Origin: the human T2T-CHM13v2.0 reference genome, Homo sapiens
Assembly: GCF_009914755.1 (NCBI RefSeq)
Contig: NC_060934.1
Length of the DNA stretch: 64,000 bases
Strand: one strand, 5' to 3'
Each line of letters opens with the position of its first letter. The first letter of the stretch is position 1. The notes beneath the pieces are model-generated. The model ran no database searches, was not told the origin of the DNA, and saw nothing but the letters and a program-made list of their open reading frames with translations. Both the position numbers and the translations under genes were made by a program. Shown here in pieces: positions 1 through 13,823 of the stretch.

Positions 1-158
1 AGAATCTTGGAAAAAAAAGTTGGAGATATTACTAGACATAAGACTTATTTAAAGCTGCAGTAATTAAGAAAGTCTGGTATTAGCGCAAAGATAGAAAAAT
101 AGACCAATAGGACAGAATAAAAGTCCAGGAGTAGATCCATATATATACAGTTGCTTGA

Positions 159-314
159 GTTTTTTGCTTTTCTTTTGAGATGGGGTCTTGCTCTGTTGCC
201 TAGGGTGGAGTGAAGTGGCATGGTCATAGCTCACTGCAATCTCAACCTCACAGGATCAAGCAGTCCTCCCACCTCAGCCTCCCAAGTGCATGCCACCACA
301 CCCAGCTATGTTTG
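159..314 (-). mobile_element. Alu monomer (FRAM or AluJ right arm)
   Basis: Antisense right-arm sequence with T tail; TSD gttgcttga at 150-158 and 315-323. Confidence 0.85.
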
Positions 315-1477
315 GTTGCTTGATTTATAACAAAGGGTAACACTGAAATGCAGTGATGAAAATGTGGTCTTTTAAAAAATATAACTAGGTCTATTAAATA
401 TCCTAATATTAAAAAATAATAATCTTGACTCCTCTTACTTCGACAAAAAACATTTCTTCTGGATTGCAGATATGACTATTAAACTTAAAACCATAAAACT
501 TTTCAAGAAAAGCATAAGATATTATCTTCATGACTTCTGTATGGGCAAAGATTTCTTATATAGGCTTCTAAAAAATTTTGACTATAGAAGAAAAGATTGA
601 TATGTTGGACTTAAATGAAATAAAGAATTATTTAAGAAAAGCATTATATAAGAGTGAAAGTCATAGCATTTAATAAGAGAAGATGGTTGCAGTGTCTGTA
701 TCTGGCAGAGTACTCATATCTAGACTACATAAATAATGCCTATAAATCATTAAGAGAAAGACTGACGACTTAAAAAAATGGGCAGAAGACTTAACAGACA
801 TTTCACCACAGAAGGTATCTTAATGAGCAATAAACATTTGAAAACTAGCTCAATTTCCTTTGTCATCAGGAAATACAAAATTATACTACTTGAGATATCT
901 TTTTATAACCAACATATTAGCTAAAATGAAAAGATAATATCAAGTGTTGGCAAGAAGGTGAGGCAACTGGAACTTTCATGCAGTACTGAGAAGATGTAAC
1001 TTGTTATAACCACTTTAGAAAACCGGCAGTGTCTCCTAAAGCTGAATATATACACACCCTGTGACCCAGCAATTGTACTCTTAGGTATAATATCATACAG
1101 AACTACATATGTATGTGAGCCAAAAGACATGTACAAGAAAGGTCATAGCAATAAAAGCCACAATCTGGAACCAACTCACATATTTGTCAACAGCAAAATG
1201 GACTAATAATTGTGGAATAATTCATCCAATGTAATACCATACAGTAATGAGATTGAATGAATTACTGCTATAAGCAAGCAACAACATGGATTAATCTCAT
1301 AGAGTATTGAGCCATAAAACGTCATAGAGTGTTGAGATAAAAAAGAATACATATCGTATGACCCCGTTTATATAACATTTAAAAATAGAACTAATCAATG
1401 TTAAATAGAAGAGCATTGTGGTTACTTTTGGGAGAGAGGACATACAAGGAGGGTTTCTGAGGTGTTGCTAATTTTCT

Positions 1478-1798
1478 GTTTTGTTTTGTTTTGTTTTGTT
1501 TTGTTTTTGTTTTGAGATGGAGTCTCGCTCTGTCAGGCTGGAGTGCAGTTGCATGATCTCGGCTCAGGCTCACTGCAACCTCCACCTCCTGGGTTTAAGT
1601 GATTCTCCTGCCTCAGCCTCCTGAGTAGCTGGGATTATAGGAGTGCACCACCACCCCTAGCTAATTTTTTGTATTTTTAGTAGAGATGAGTTTTCACCAT
1701 GTTGGCCAGGCTGGTCTCGAACTCCTGACTTCGAGTGATCCACCTGCCTCAGCCTCCCAAAGTGCTGGAATTACAGATGTGAACCACTGTGCCCAGCC
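1478..1798 (-). mobile_element. AluS (Sx/Sz-like) with (TTTTG)n tail
   Basis: Full dimer; TSD taat(t/g)ttct. Confidence 0.92.
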
Positions 1799-2179
1799 TA
1801 ATGTTCTTTTTTTTTTTTTTTTTAATCATGGAAGTGAATACATAGGCACACTCACTCATCTTTGAAAGTTTATCAAGCTGTACCATTATGATTTTTGAAC
1901 CTATGCATGTTGACTTTAATGCAAGGTTTACTTTAAACTATTTTGTTATGTTAAGGAGGAGGCACCTCAATTCACCGGGATACACTTTTTCACAAAATTA
2001 AGCATGCACACACATACACAATACCAACTTTTTTTTTTTTTAAACTGTGTTTGCTCCATCACATATTTTGCCTTGAGTCACACTGGAGAAGCTGAGATGG
2101 CTTAGTTAACACTTCCAGGTGCTGTGGGCATGGGCTTGGACTCAGGCGGCTGTTATTTTTAAGACATTTGATATGATTT

Positions 2180-2405
2180 TAAGAGCTGGCACCCTGGCTT
2201 CAGGAAGACCTGAGTTCTAGTCCTGGCTCCACCTCTTATTAATGGTGTTATTTTGGTTGAGTTCTGGAAATGTCAGTTTCCATATCTGTAAAATGGGGAT
2301 AATATTAATTCTGACTCTGGTAGGGTACTGTTGAGTATCAAATGAGATAATCAATGAAAGTGCTTAGTGCAGTGTCTGGCACATCGAGTATGCACAATAA
2401 ATGAC
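2180..2405. mobile_element. MIR
   Basis: MIR core tcagtttccatatctgtaaaatggggataat. Confidence 0.7.
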
Positions 2406-3833
2406 AGGTGGTGGTGATGACAGCTATGACTACTAGATAAGGAGGGGATGTAAGGCTGTTTAAGACACCTGTGGGGGTTGAGAATAAAGAGTTGCAAATA
2501 CAGGACGGCTGTTCTTGTTTCTGCTTTGGTGCTTAGTCTCCTGTCATTTCCTTTGGGACCCCTCTGCACCCTCCTCCTCTGCTGTTGTCCCAGTTGGGTC
2601 AGTGAGTCCCAGCAGATTGCCTTCTGCCTGGCTCATGTCCTTTCTCTCTTTCTCTCTGCATGCTGTGTGTGGGTGTGCTGGAGCTAGCCTATTTCCCTGC
2701 TATCAGCAGAAGACAAAATTGTTCGATAAGCACTTTGTCGTAGTCAGACCATCACAGGAGCTTTCATGAGGAGGCAGGGCACACAAAACTCTTTGTAAAC
2801 AATAAAACCCATCTCCTGCTTTGACATGAAGTTGCCCGTAGGTTGGTAGTCTTGCTGATTCCATGGTTTCAAACAAAACCAGAAGCTGCTTCCACTGGCA
2901 GAGCGTATTTCCATGTCTCAGAGTCTCATTTCTGTGCCTCTCCCCACCTCCCTGTGGGTATGAAGTTAACTGAACATTATCTTTCTCCTCTTCTTCTGCC
3001 TAAGAACCCATCACATGTGGCCCAAGGGAGCAGAGGCATCAGAGCATGCTTCTTTTTATATGGAATTAATAGGTTTATGTTTCTTTAGTGGAATTTCTAA
3101 GTCCTAGAGGAATAGAAGGCCTTGCTCCCTCTGAACTCTGAGGTCATTTGGTGTGGTGATATGGGAGGGCAGATGTAGCAGGAATGGGGACAGCAGGATG
3201 GATGAAACTGTGCTGAGGTTCAACTTACCTCTGGGAGGTGGTAGCCTGAGATTGTCTGCGGTCCCTGGCATGGAAGATTGAGAGAGTAGATGGCAGCTCA
3301 CGTTCTAGGAAAAGCAGGGGATGACTTGTACAAATCCGCACCGATATGTGGCCTAATGTGCTACCCTTATCCTCACTGCTCCATCAATTTTTCTTTGAGT
3401 CACTTATAAAGAGCTCTTCCATTTCTCCTTCCAGGAGGGAATGTGATTGGCCAAGGAAGGGCTCTGTTGGTAGACGTTCACATTTTTTAAAAAAAGCTTC
3501 TATGGCAGTGAAAGCAGGGTCCATGCATTCTGTAGTTTTTGCGGATTGAGGGGAAATTTCTCCTCTCTCTGGGTATCAGAAAGAAGGGCTGATAACACTA
3601 GAAACCTATCCTCCAACTCTGGCAGAGGGAGGCTTAGGAAATGTTGGGATTTAGAAGAGCTTCATTCTCTTTCCTCTTGGGGGAGGCACAATAAATTCAA
3701 AAGCACAAAGGCTCTCTGAACACGGAGGCGGGGTCCTTTCACGGGCTGCGAGGCTGACCGGTGCTGCAGTGATACATCATCCGCGCAGGCTCAGAGAATG
3801 GCAGTACTTACAAGGGCCTGCTTCATGACCTAG

Positions 3834-4154
<321 letters not shown>

Positions 4155-7100
4155 TAGATGTTACAGTTTTTAAAGAACTTGGGCATAGGTACTCAAAAAA
4201 CAAAACTCCTTTTGTCTGGATGCCAGCACTATTTTTGTCATTGTAAAAATTAATGAGAATGTACTCCTTATAAGTTGACTGGCAACAGGCTAAGAGTCGT
4301 TTTGGGATTGAGGAACAAATAACACATAGACAACTATCATGCTTTTTCCAACTGCATATTGTCCACCTCTTCTGCCTGATTCAGGTTCCCTGGACACCAA
4401 TCCCTGCCTGGTCCTGTCTTAAGTGCCCCTGAGCCCTGCTTATTTCCTAGGGAGCATTACCTATGCTTGACCTCACCTGTATAAGTCTGTCCACGGGGTT
4501 ATGCTGTGCCAGACAGAAGTTGCAAAGGGTAGTGTGCAAAGCATGGAAATAAGGGCTTTGCCAAATTAGTGGGTCATTACCAGTAAAATCAGATGTTGAT
4601 GCATCATGGAAAAAAGTCAACATAAAGGGGCTTAGAAGCCAGATTTTAGAAAAATGGGCAAGGACTCTCAGTGTGGAGGTAAGTGGAATAGAATGAGGAA
4701 TTTATCAAGACAGAGATGGTTCAGCTGGGAACTGAGTTTGCAAATGAATTAATTTGATTCACAGCATTTTATGGATACCAGGCCCTGGAAAGATAGTAGC
4801 TAAACCTTGATATAGCTCTGCCCTCATGGCATTAACTTTCCGGTTCGATGTCTGCCCATGTCTTCTTTTACTTTGACCCTAACATGCCTCATGGGTTGAA
4901 CAGAAGTGCTTTAAAGGGAAGGAACCTCTGCAAGAGGAAGATTACTGCGGATCTGAAGGAGTGAAGATTTGATGTGCCTTTTCTCAGGGGTTATCAAACA
5001 GGTCAGATTACTCCACATCCAGGATGCCCTTTTTTATTCCAGCATTGATTATTCACAGTGAGGTCTCCATGGGAAGTATTTTATTATAGGTCACTGTTCT
5101 CCCAGTTCCTTTTGCCATTACCCTCATTCCGCCCAGCTACCCACTAAATGTTACTTATTTTGTCAAGGAATACAAATTAATGCTACAGTAGCCCAAGCCA
5201 ATTCAAGCCAATTTGTTGCAGAAAAGTCCACCATCCAGAATATGTAGAAAACATGCTTTGATTAGTCATCATTTGGGATCACACATCCATCCAGGTCTTC
5301 TCCATTGTATGAATGACCAAGCTTTGGCAATAACCACAATTTTTTTTTTCATGCTTAAAAAAATCAATAGGTCCCATCAGCACACATAATCACCACCCCA
5401 CTCCAGAGGCAGAAAATTGAGAGTTGGTTTTATTTAAAATTGCTATGTTTGCTTTGTCTTTAAATTGCTATGTTTCCCACAGATACTATGTTTGTGTTTG
5501 AGCATCAGTGAGGAGACATGAGTGGTGGAAGGAACTTTTGCCTATATGCCATGGGGAAAGAGAAATAGTTTTGAATGTAGCTTGAGTCTGGGCAGTCAGG
5601 CTTTCAGTTTAAATTGGCTGTTCAAGAGAATGATAGATGAACTGAATTATTTTTTCCCAGTAAGAGAGTGAAACACTTTAACAGAGAAGGCATTCTCTTA
5701 GGGGTTCAAAGTGTGTAGTACTAAGAAAAGAAGTTAAATGTAACTTCCCTCTTCTACTTCTTAAGAAATTTCATGCCCTCTTTGGAACCCCTTGTAGCAT
5801 TTCATAAATACATTCTATTTTTCTTAAGACAAGATAGGTTATAAGGAGAATCTTACAGCAGCAGTCTGGCTTAGACTAGGTAGGTTTTGCATCTTTGTTC
5901 ATTGTGGTCATTTGAGTAGAACCAAGTGCATGCTTAAGTTAGTGTTCCTTTTAAGAAAACCCACTACATAAACGTTTTGATATAGAAAATATGTATGCTT
6001 TGAGTTTCTGTGTGCATAAAGGAAGGAAAGGTGGGGAAAATGGTGAATTTATTTCCTTAGTGTATTTTACTGTTCAGTTGCAGATTATTAGCCACTTGGC
6101 AGATGACTGAGAGAAGGGAAACTTTAGATTGCACATTGAATATCAATTTAAAGTGAAATGGTAATGAGTTAAGAGAGTAATAAGATTTGATTTACAATAA
6201 GTTTAATTTGTAATCAGTTTTGGCTTAAGCTGCATAAGTCTACCTGTAAGTTGTCAGGTGAATCATGGGCAGCATTGATCTGAGATGCAGAGGTAGAAGT
6301 CAGGACAATAAGAGATAAGATGAGGTTGTGCAAAAAGAAACAGCAGCAAGAAGAGCAAACAGGCCTCTTCTGAGCTTCCCCATCTTTATGCCTCTGCTCT
6401 CCTCTTAATCCTTTACTTCACTCAAGATCCTTTTCAAAATGTTACCCTCAGAAATAAAGCCATGTGTGATCACTACCCACAACCAATGAGATACTGCCTA
6501 TTGCCTGTTTGGACAAAAAATAGCTAATTTTAGGTCAGTAAGTTTGGGGGTTAGAAAGGTTGGATGCTAGTTCCTGCAACATTACTTACTATTATATGAT
6601 GTGACCGTATAATCTAGGGTATGTTGCTTAATCTCACCGGACTTTTCTCTGAAAATTGTGGTTAATAAAAAGTCCTAATTCATAGGGTCCATGGGAAAGT
6701 TAAAGGAAGCATTGCGTGTAAATAAGATTTCTTAGTTTACAGCTTGGCACATAGCAAGTGGAAGGAGTATTAGTATGATTGCGATTATAATTTTAAGGCT
6801 GTTTTTATAGATCTGGTTTAGTTACAAAAATATTTTATAAGTTGGTTTTGGAGAAAATCTACTGGAAAATTTCATTTGAATAGAAGGGCTAGCACAAGTG
6901 GCTTGGGGAAAAGCCACACTTTCACCTGACTCAGACCCGGGGAAATTCTGTCTTAAAAAGGAAGGGAGGAGTAGGTTTCTAGTCTAATCTCAGAACTTCA
7001 GAATCAGCATCTCTGGAGAATGTGGCCAAGATTTTGAATGTTCAACGAAGATTCCGGTTGATTCCTATACACAAGAACATTGAAACACACAAGCTTATAT

Positions 7101-7558
7101 ACAAATGGCTGTTTCCTCAGTACTCTCTAACTAAGAGGCTGGCCTCTAAATATAAATTATTTCAGCAAAGTGATTTTATTAGCAGGAGCATATTTAATTG
7201 ATTGTTGTTTTGAAGTAAGGCTACTTTTTGACCTGCACATCTACAGAGGAATAATTATTCCTATACAGACCCTTTTAGACATCTATAGGAGGCACTGGCA
7301 ATATTTTTAATTTTCTGGTTATTTTTACTATTTATGGATAATTTCCTTCTTAGTCTTCACTAGTGCTTCTTACCATATTTTCTATCTTATATGTTCCCTA
7401 TAAGTTTCTAGCACATAACAGGCCCTTTAATGCATGTTCTTTTGGACTGAATTTTTTCTTCTCTATTAGACTGTAAATTTCTTGAGGACAGAAATCATCT
7501 TGCTTAATATCCAGTTCCAGTCACACCTTCAACACTGCCTTGCTTGGTATAAGACTTG

Positions 7559-7878
7559 ATTTTTTAAAATTTATTTTTATTTTTTTCTTAGGGTCAGTGT
7601 CTTGCTCTGTTGCCCAGGCTGGAGTACAGTGGTGTGATTATAGCTCACTATAACCTCTAGCTCCTGGGCCCAAGTGATCCTTAAGAAAGGATCAGTAGCT
7701 GGGACTACAGGCACATGCCACCATGCCCAGTGAATTTTTATTTTTTTTGTTTTTGTTTTTGTTTTTAGAGATGAGGGTCTCGCTATGTTGCCCAGCCTGG
7801 TCTCAAACTCCTGACCTCAAGCAGTCCTCTCACCTCAACCTCCCAAACTACCGGGATTACAGGTGTGAGCCACCATGG
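7559..7878 (-). mobile_element. AluJ
   Basis: AluJ-type residues (gattatagctcact, gtctcgctatgttgcccag). Confidence 0.88.
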
Positions 7879-8321
7879 TTAAATACAAACCAACCTGTTA
7901 GGATTACATAACAGTCTGTATGTCAGAGGTAGATCACAGGTGGCAAGACAAAGAGGCCCAATGCAGTTTCATGATTATTTTGAACCCTGGAGAAAACTGG
8001 CTTTTGATGTGAAGTCTTTTATAGAGAAGTCACATCCCAGGATATTCTTATAATTCAGCCATTCTCCATCTGGCTAATCTTAACCATAGGAAGGGAGTTC
8101 AATAGTGTCCACTTTTGTGGGCTTAGCAAATTGTGCTATGTATGTCATATACATTATCTCATTTAACCCTTACCAAAACCAGTGAACCCACCAATAGATA
8201 CCATTATCCCCATTTATGTCTAGTGATATGAAGGGGCTTGCCAAAGTCACTAAGCAAGTTAGCACCAGCACGGCAATTTGAATCGTTCCCCCGATTCCAA
8301 ATCTAGTGTCCGTCTCCTACA

Positions 8322-8495
8322 CCAGTGGTTTTCAAGTGTGGTTCTTGGACCAGTAGCATTGACATCACCTGAGAGCTTATTAGAAATGCACATGCTCAGG
8401 CTCCTTCTAGATTTCCTAAATTGGACACTCTTTGTCGGACCCAAATCTGTGGTTAAGCACACTCTCCAGGTGATTCTGGTGCACATGAATGTTTG

Positions 8496-8533
<38 letters not shown>

Positions 8534-8536
8534 CAG
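8322..8536. mobile_element. MER5A-type hAT-Charlie element with an A35 tract in its right end
   Basis: cagtggttttcaagtgtggt...catcacctgagagcttattagaaatgca...ctccaggtgattctg...gtttga. Confidence 0.75.
8496..8530 (+). repeat. Pure poly(A), 35 nt
   Basis: Read directly from the sequence. Confidence 0.97.
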
Positions 8537-8577
8537 CATGACACCAGCTGTTCCTAATAGTCCTTCCTTACCCTGAG

Positions 8578-8743
8578 CCCTTGCTACTCAAAGTCTGGTC
8601 CACAGACCAGCAGCATTGGCTTAACTTCTAAGCGTGTTAGAAGTGTAGAATCTCACACTCTTCTACATACCTACTGAATCAGAATTTGTATTTTAGTAAG
8701 ATATTTGGTGATTCATGAGCATATTAAAGTTTGAAACGCATTA
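8578..8743. mobile_element. Second MER5A-type element
   Basis: ctactcaaagtctggtccacagaccagcagcattggc...ctactgaatcagaat...ttaaagtttga. Confidence 0.7.
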
Positions 8744-11189
8744 CTCGAAATTATGTATTTTCTCTCTGTAGTCTTATATTGGCTTTTCTTAGTCTCAGTG
8801 TCCAAGATTCTTGGGGTTTTTGTTCACCCATGTACAGGAACAAATGAAAGTTCTTCCATTTTCTGCCTTGTGACCAAATTGAGAGCTGTGCTTACTCTTT
8901 TCTGATAAAAGTCCACTTTTCCTTTCTATATCCCTGCTCCTCCAGCCTAAATGCATGCACACACAGACAACAAATGTTTTTGTTTCCCTTTGATGTCACC
9001 TTAAGCTAGGCACAACAGCAAGGGAGTAGCTAGAGTTGTGTTAACATGTTATAAATTAACAGGAATGGGAATTGTTGCCCATTAATTAGGAAAGAGATGG
9101 CTAATTTCTTGCTATTTTCTATTTCAGAAACTATATGTAGAACCTGAAAGCAGCAGCTCATTGCTCCACAGTTGATGCTAATTATTTCTCAACCATGTTT
9201 TGAGCAAACAGGTAGTGTTTAGAAAGCCTAAAACATAGGCTCTTCAGAGGAAAAGACACGCACCTTCTGGGGCTTATTGTGTAGTGAAGTTACAATAAGA
9301 ATAATTGGAAACCCCACTCTCTGACAGAGCAGTGGGGAATCAAAGATTATTCAGAGGAGGATAGCTAACCAAATAATGTCCCAATTCCTAAATGATTAGT
9401 TCTGCCTCAATGCCACATAGTTTTCTTCTGCAGTGTTTAACTTCTCACTGGGTCTAAGGAACTGACCCATCATGGTGAAGGCTCTGCTGAATTACATATT
9501 CCATTTTGTATACTGTGAGTCTTCCACACTCTCTGTGGCCATACCCTTGATGGGGGGCTACCAGGCACTGGCAGTTTCCTCCATTCTGCAAGGAACTGGA
9601 AGCAAGAAAAATGATGTCCTTGCTGTAGGTATTCTAAAACGGTGATGCTCAACCTCATGTATATATTAGAATAATTGGAGTGCTTGTTAAAAGGTAGATT
9701 CAGGACTTTGCTCTCAGAGTTAGAAATTCCTATTTAAGATGTCTAAGGTAGGATCCAGGAAAATGCAATGTTTCACAAGCACTTCAGACAGTGCTGATGG
9801 CATTTTCCAGGTGCCACCATTGGCTAACAATTATACCATTGGTACCTATGAGATTTTAGAAAGGGGACTGCATTTGTTACATGTCCTCCACTGTGTGTTG
9901 GGATAGTTGAGAAAGATGATCTTAGACTTCCCTTTCTGCTCTGTAATAGTTTTCCCAGAGTTGGTTAACTATTACTGCATTTAGACGTATCTATTAACAT
10001 CTACAATGTACCAGACATTGTGCTGGATGCCAGAGATAAAAAAGATAAATCAGGCTAATTACTGTTCTCAGAGACATCATAGTCTGATGCAGTCACAGAC
10101 ATACAGAGCAATAAATGACACAAAAGCATATTAGCTGGTAAAATAGCAACCTAACATAGGACCCAGTGGGGACTCAGCATTGGAAACAGTGACATGGAGT
10201 AAATTCCCAGTGTGTGCTAATAGCTGTCTGTATTGGGCAAGGCCAGGAAAATTGGGGGACTCTTGGTCACATGGGAAGTTCAAGGTTGTCCTAAAAAGTT
10301 TCAGTTGAATGGAGGAGGCAGATATGTATATATATATTTGACCAACTGACTTTCCTTCAACTGATAGGGGGTTTGGTTACAAATAAGTAAAATTTTTAAG
10401 AAAATTTATGCATCCAAGAGGGAATCTCAAAAGGGACACTGGAGATCTGTGTAATTTCTAGGAAGAAAATTGTGGTCCTATTATTAAAAGCTTAGAAAAG
10501 ATATGGTTCACTCCATTGCCTGGAGTTTTGAAGGCTCTCTGTTCCATTTTTCATTATCCAATAATAAATATCATAGTGAAAGCCACCTTTAGCACTTAAA
10601 TATTGCTGGGATTTTATGGGATTGAATTGAAGGGTATTAAAAAGCCAGGTGGGTGAGATACTTTTATAACACATGCTTCATAAAGCTGTGTATAGTAAGT
10701 GCCTGTATACCAACTTTTTAAATGAGAGCATTCGGGCATAGCATTTGAGCATGAGGGGGCCTCTGCTTGTTAATTAAACTTGTTGATAATACTAATTGTT
10801 AAGAAATAGGAAGAAGCAGCTTGTGGCAAGTAGAATAGGATTTGTTTCTGAGAAGAGTAGTCCACTTGGAACTGTCATGTACATCAGCAGGACCCAGCCT
10901 GAGCTGGAACTGGGCATCGCGGAAAGGAAGCAGACCTGCAACAAGTTTCACTAGCCAGTAGCTGGCTATGGGGTCAGTGTAGCTGTTCACCTGGTGGTGG
11001 TGGCCCGTGCTACCTGTTTAGATTGACTGTTATTATTATTTTCCATTAAGCAGAGGGATTTCATTAGGAGACTTAACAAGCTAGGTGGGAGTTAGTTTTG
11101 TACTTACTGCTATTTTTTACTTAACATTATCATCCTAGTTTTTCTGGATAAGTGAGAAAGGCTGAAACCAATGAGTCCCGGACCCAGTT

Positions 11190-11790
11190 CTTTTATTTAT
11201 ATAGATTTTTTGAAGTGAAATTCACATAAAATTAACTAAAATTCACTATTAACTAAATAACTAAATAATTAACTATTAACTAAAATTAACTATTTTTAAA
11301 GTGAACAATTTAGTGGCATTTAGTACATGCACAATGTGGTGTAATCACTACTATCTAGTTCCAGAGCATTTTATCACCCCCAAAAGAAGCCCTGTGACCA
11401 TTAAGTAGTCGTTTCCCATTCCCCTATATCCCTAGTCTCTGGCAATCACCCGTCGGCATTTTCTTCCTGCAGATTTCCCTATTCTGGATATTTCATATAA
11501 ATGGAGACATACAATATGTGACCTTTTGTTTCTGCTGCTTCTTACCTGCCATAGTGTTTTCGAAGTTTTTTTCATATTGTAGCATGTATCACTACTTCCT
11601 TTCTTTATATGGCTGAAAATATTGAGTGTTTACCAAAATCAGTTTATCCATTCATTCATTAATGAACATTTAGATTGTTTCCACATGTTTTGGCCACATT
11701 TTGTGAATAGAGCTGCTATGAACAGGCATGCACATATATTTGTTTATCTGTTTTTCATTCCTTTGGGTATATACTTAGGAGTTAAATTTG
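11190..11790 (-). mobile_element. L1MB-type 3' end fragment
   Basis: aagtgaacaatttagtggcatttagtaca, ctattctggatatttcatataaatgga. Confidence 0.78.
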
Positions 11791-13792
11791 TATTATTTGT
11801 ACAAAATATTCCCTGCTACTGGGTGTCTCCCTTTGGGAGGATTAGATACCTCACCCTCAATGAGAACAGGCTTGGCTCCATAACTTACTTTGGCCCATGA
11901 ATGCAGTGAGAGTGGAGATGAGTATTGCTGAATGGAATAAGAACAATCTCAAAATTCTGCCTTCACTCCTTTCCTTCGTCCAAGACTCCTGCAGGGATGA
12001 CCTGGGGGCTTCTTCTGGCTGGGTTCATAAATGCAGGCACCATGGAGCAGAGCAGTCCATCTTTTGAGCCCTCCCTGAAAGACAATAAATTGGGCTCTGA
12101 GAAGGATAAAAAGAGGAGAAAAAGTTCTTCTTGCCACAAAAGAGCTTACAGTTTTGCTGTAACTTAAGCAGGTAATTTTAAGGTCTACAAAGTACTACAG
12201 AGGGCTGAGGAAGAATCCACAGAGCTTTCTTAGAGGTGGTGGCATTTGGATATGGCCTTGAGGGAGTGATAGGATTTACGGGTATGGAGTGTAAAAAAGA
12301 GCCTTCCAGGACAAAGAATAACTGCAGCAATGACATCACAATGGTAACGTGGGATATTTGGGGAACTGTGATTTAGGTGATTCCTTTCAGGAATATAAGC
12401 ACTCTGGGGACATGGGGCTGGAACATTCTATTGGAACCAGTGAGTGAACTATGTGACCTCCAGACTAAAGAGTTGGCTCTCTATAATCCGACATTACAAA
12501 TGACAAGTTTGTCTCAGTAATGGATTACTGTCCCACTCTTCCTTTCTCGTTCTTCAGGATGTCACATCCTTCTGCAACAGTGTTTATCAGCCTTTACATT
12601 GTTGTTTTTACTTCATACATCTCAGCTGTGCAACCCAAGGGACTCTTGTCCTTACACAAACTGATTCTCTGTGTTTGCGCTCATCTCATTTGAAAGTAAC
12701 TGTTCGGAAACACCATGGGACATGGAAGGCAAAGAAAGCCCCAACATTTGTTGAACGTATATGTGACAAGAGTTTTCCAAATGTTATTTCTCCTTCTCAT
12801 CATCTCCTCTCAACCCACCATGGTGGTGGTGGTGGAAGTGATTTTTTTTTTTTAAATTTTACAGTTGAGTAGAACTGAAGCCTTGAAGTCAAGGAGTTAA
12901 TAGATGATGGAGGTGGGGTTTGACTGTGTCTTTCTCATCTGTGTGTTCCCTGTTTACTGTAGAATCTAGCCCATAGTTAGAGCCTCAATAAATGAATGTG
13001 AGGGAATGATTGACCACGTAACTGAATGACCAAATGAAAAAGCAAGGTCTGTTTGATTCTAAACCCAAAGGTGATGAGATTCCATTAAGACCACCGACTT
13101 ATTCTGTGTAATTTTGTTACCCCCACAGACACCAAAATGAATACCCTGGAGCTATAGTGAGTGTGGCTGGGATCCGATGACACAGCTCTGGTTGAAGAGT
13201 GTAGGGTGCCCTGAGGGGTTCCTAGATAATTTGGCTCTGCTAAGAGAATATTCTCAATTATCTCTTGTCCACCTTCTCTGGACAGAATGCTGGGTGCATG
13301 GACATTCATTGGGTGATCCTTCTCAGGTACATCATTCAGGACATTTTCTGGCCCTTTGCTTTGGGATTAGAGTATTTCTAAAACCCTAGCTCAAAATGGG
13401 CTGAGTGCGGGAAGTGAAGAAAGCAAGGTGAAATGTAATTTCCTCTTTAATATAGACTGTCATTTAATCTAATATTATAGAAAATGATTCGATCTTAAAA
13501 ACCTATAAATTACACTTGACAACTCTCTGGTGTTCCTCTGCTTTCCCTTTCAGCAATTATAAATGGCAACAGTGGGCTGTGGCAGAAAGGAGCCTTCTGA
13601 ATGCGGTTTGTTTATTGGCTCTTAATGAGAAGCGATTAATCTAAATCACCATAGGGGTGGATCCTTTGTGGAGCTTTGAAATCAGAAGTGGCAGTTGGAC
13701 CTTTTGACAAATGTGCTGTTCTGTCCTTAATAACAACAAAAAGTTTGCGAGGGTTTGTGTGGTATTGTTTTCTTTCTTTCTGCAATAAGGAA

Positions 13793-13797
<5 letters not shown>

Positions 13798-13823
<26 letters not shown>
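13798..13823. repeat. (CA)n microsatellite
   Basis: Read directly from the sequence. Confidence 0.95.

Larger units (their letters stand above)
1..1930 (+). mobile_element. Old L1M (L1MB/MC/ME-type) ORF2 end and 3'UTR, interrupted by two Alus
   Basis: Degenerate L1 3' motifs (atagaccaataggacagaata, gggcaaagatttctta, tgacccagcaattgtactcttaggtat). Confidence 0.75.
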
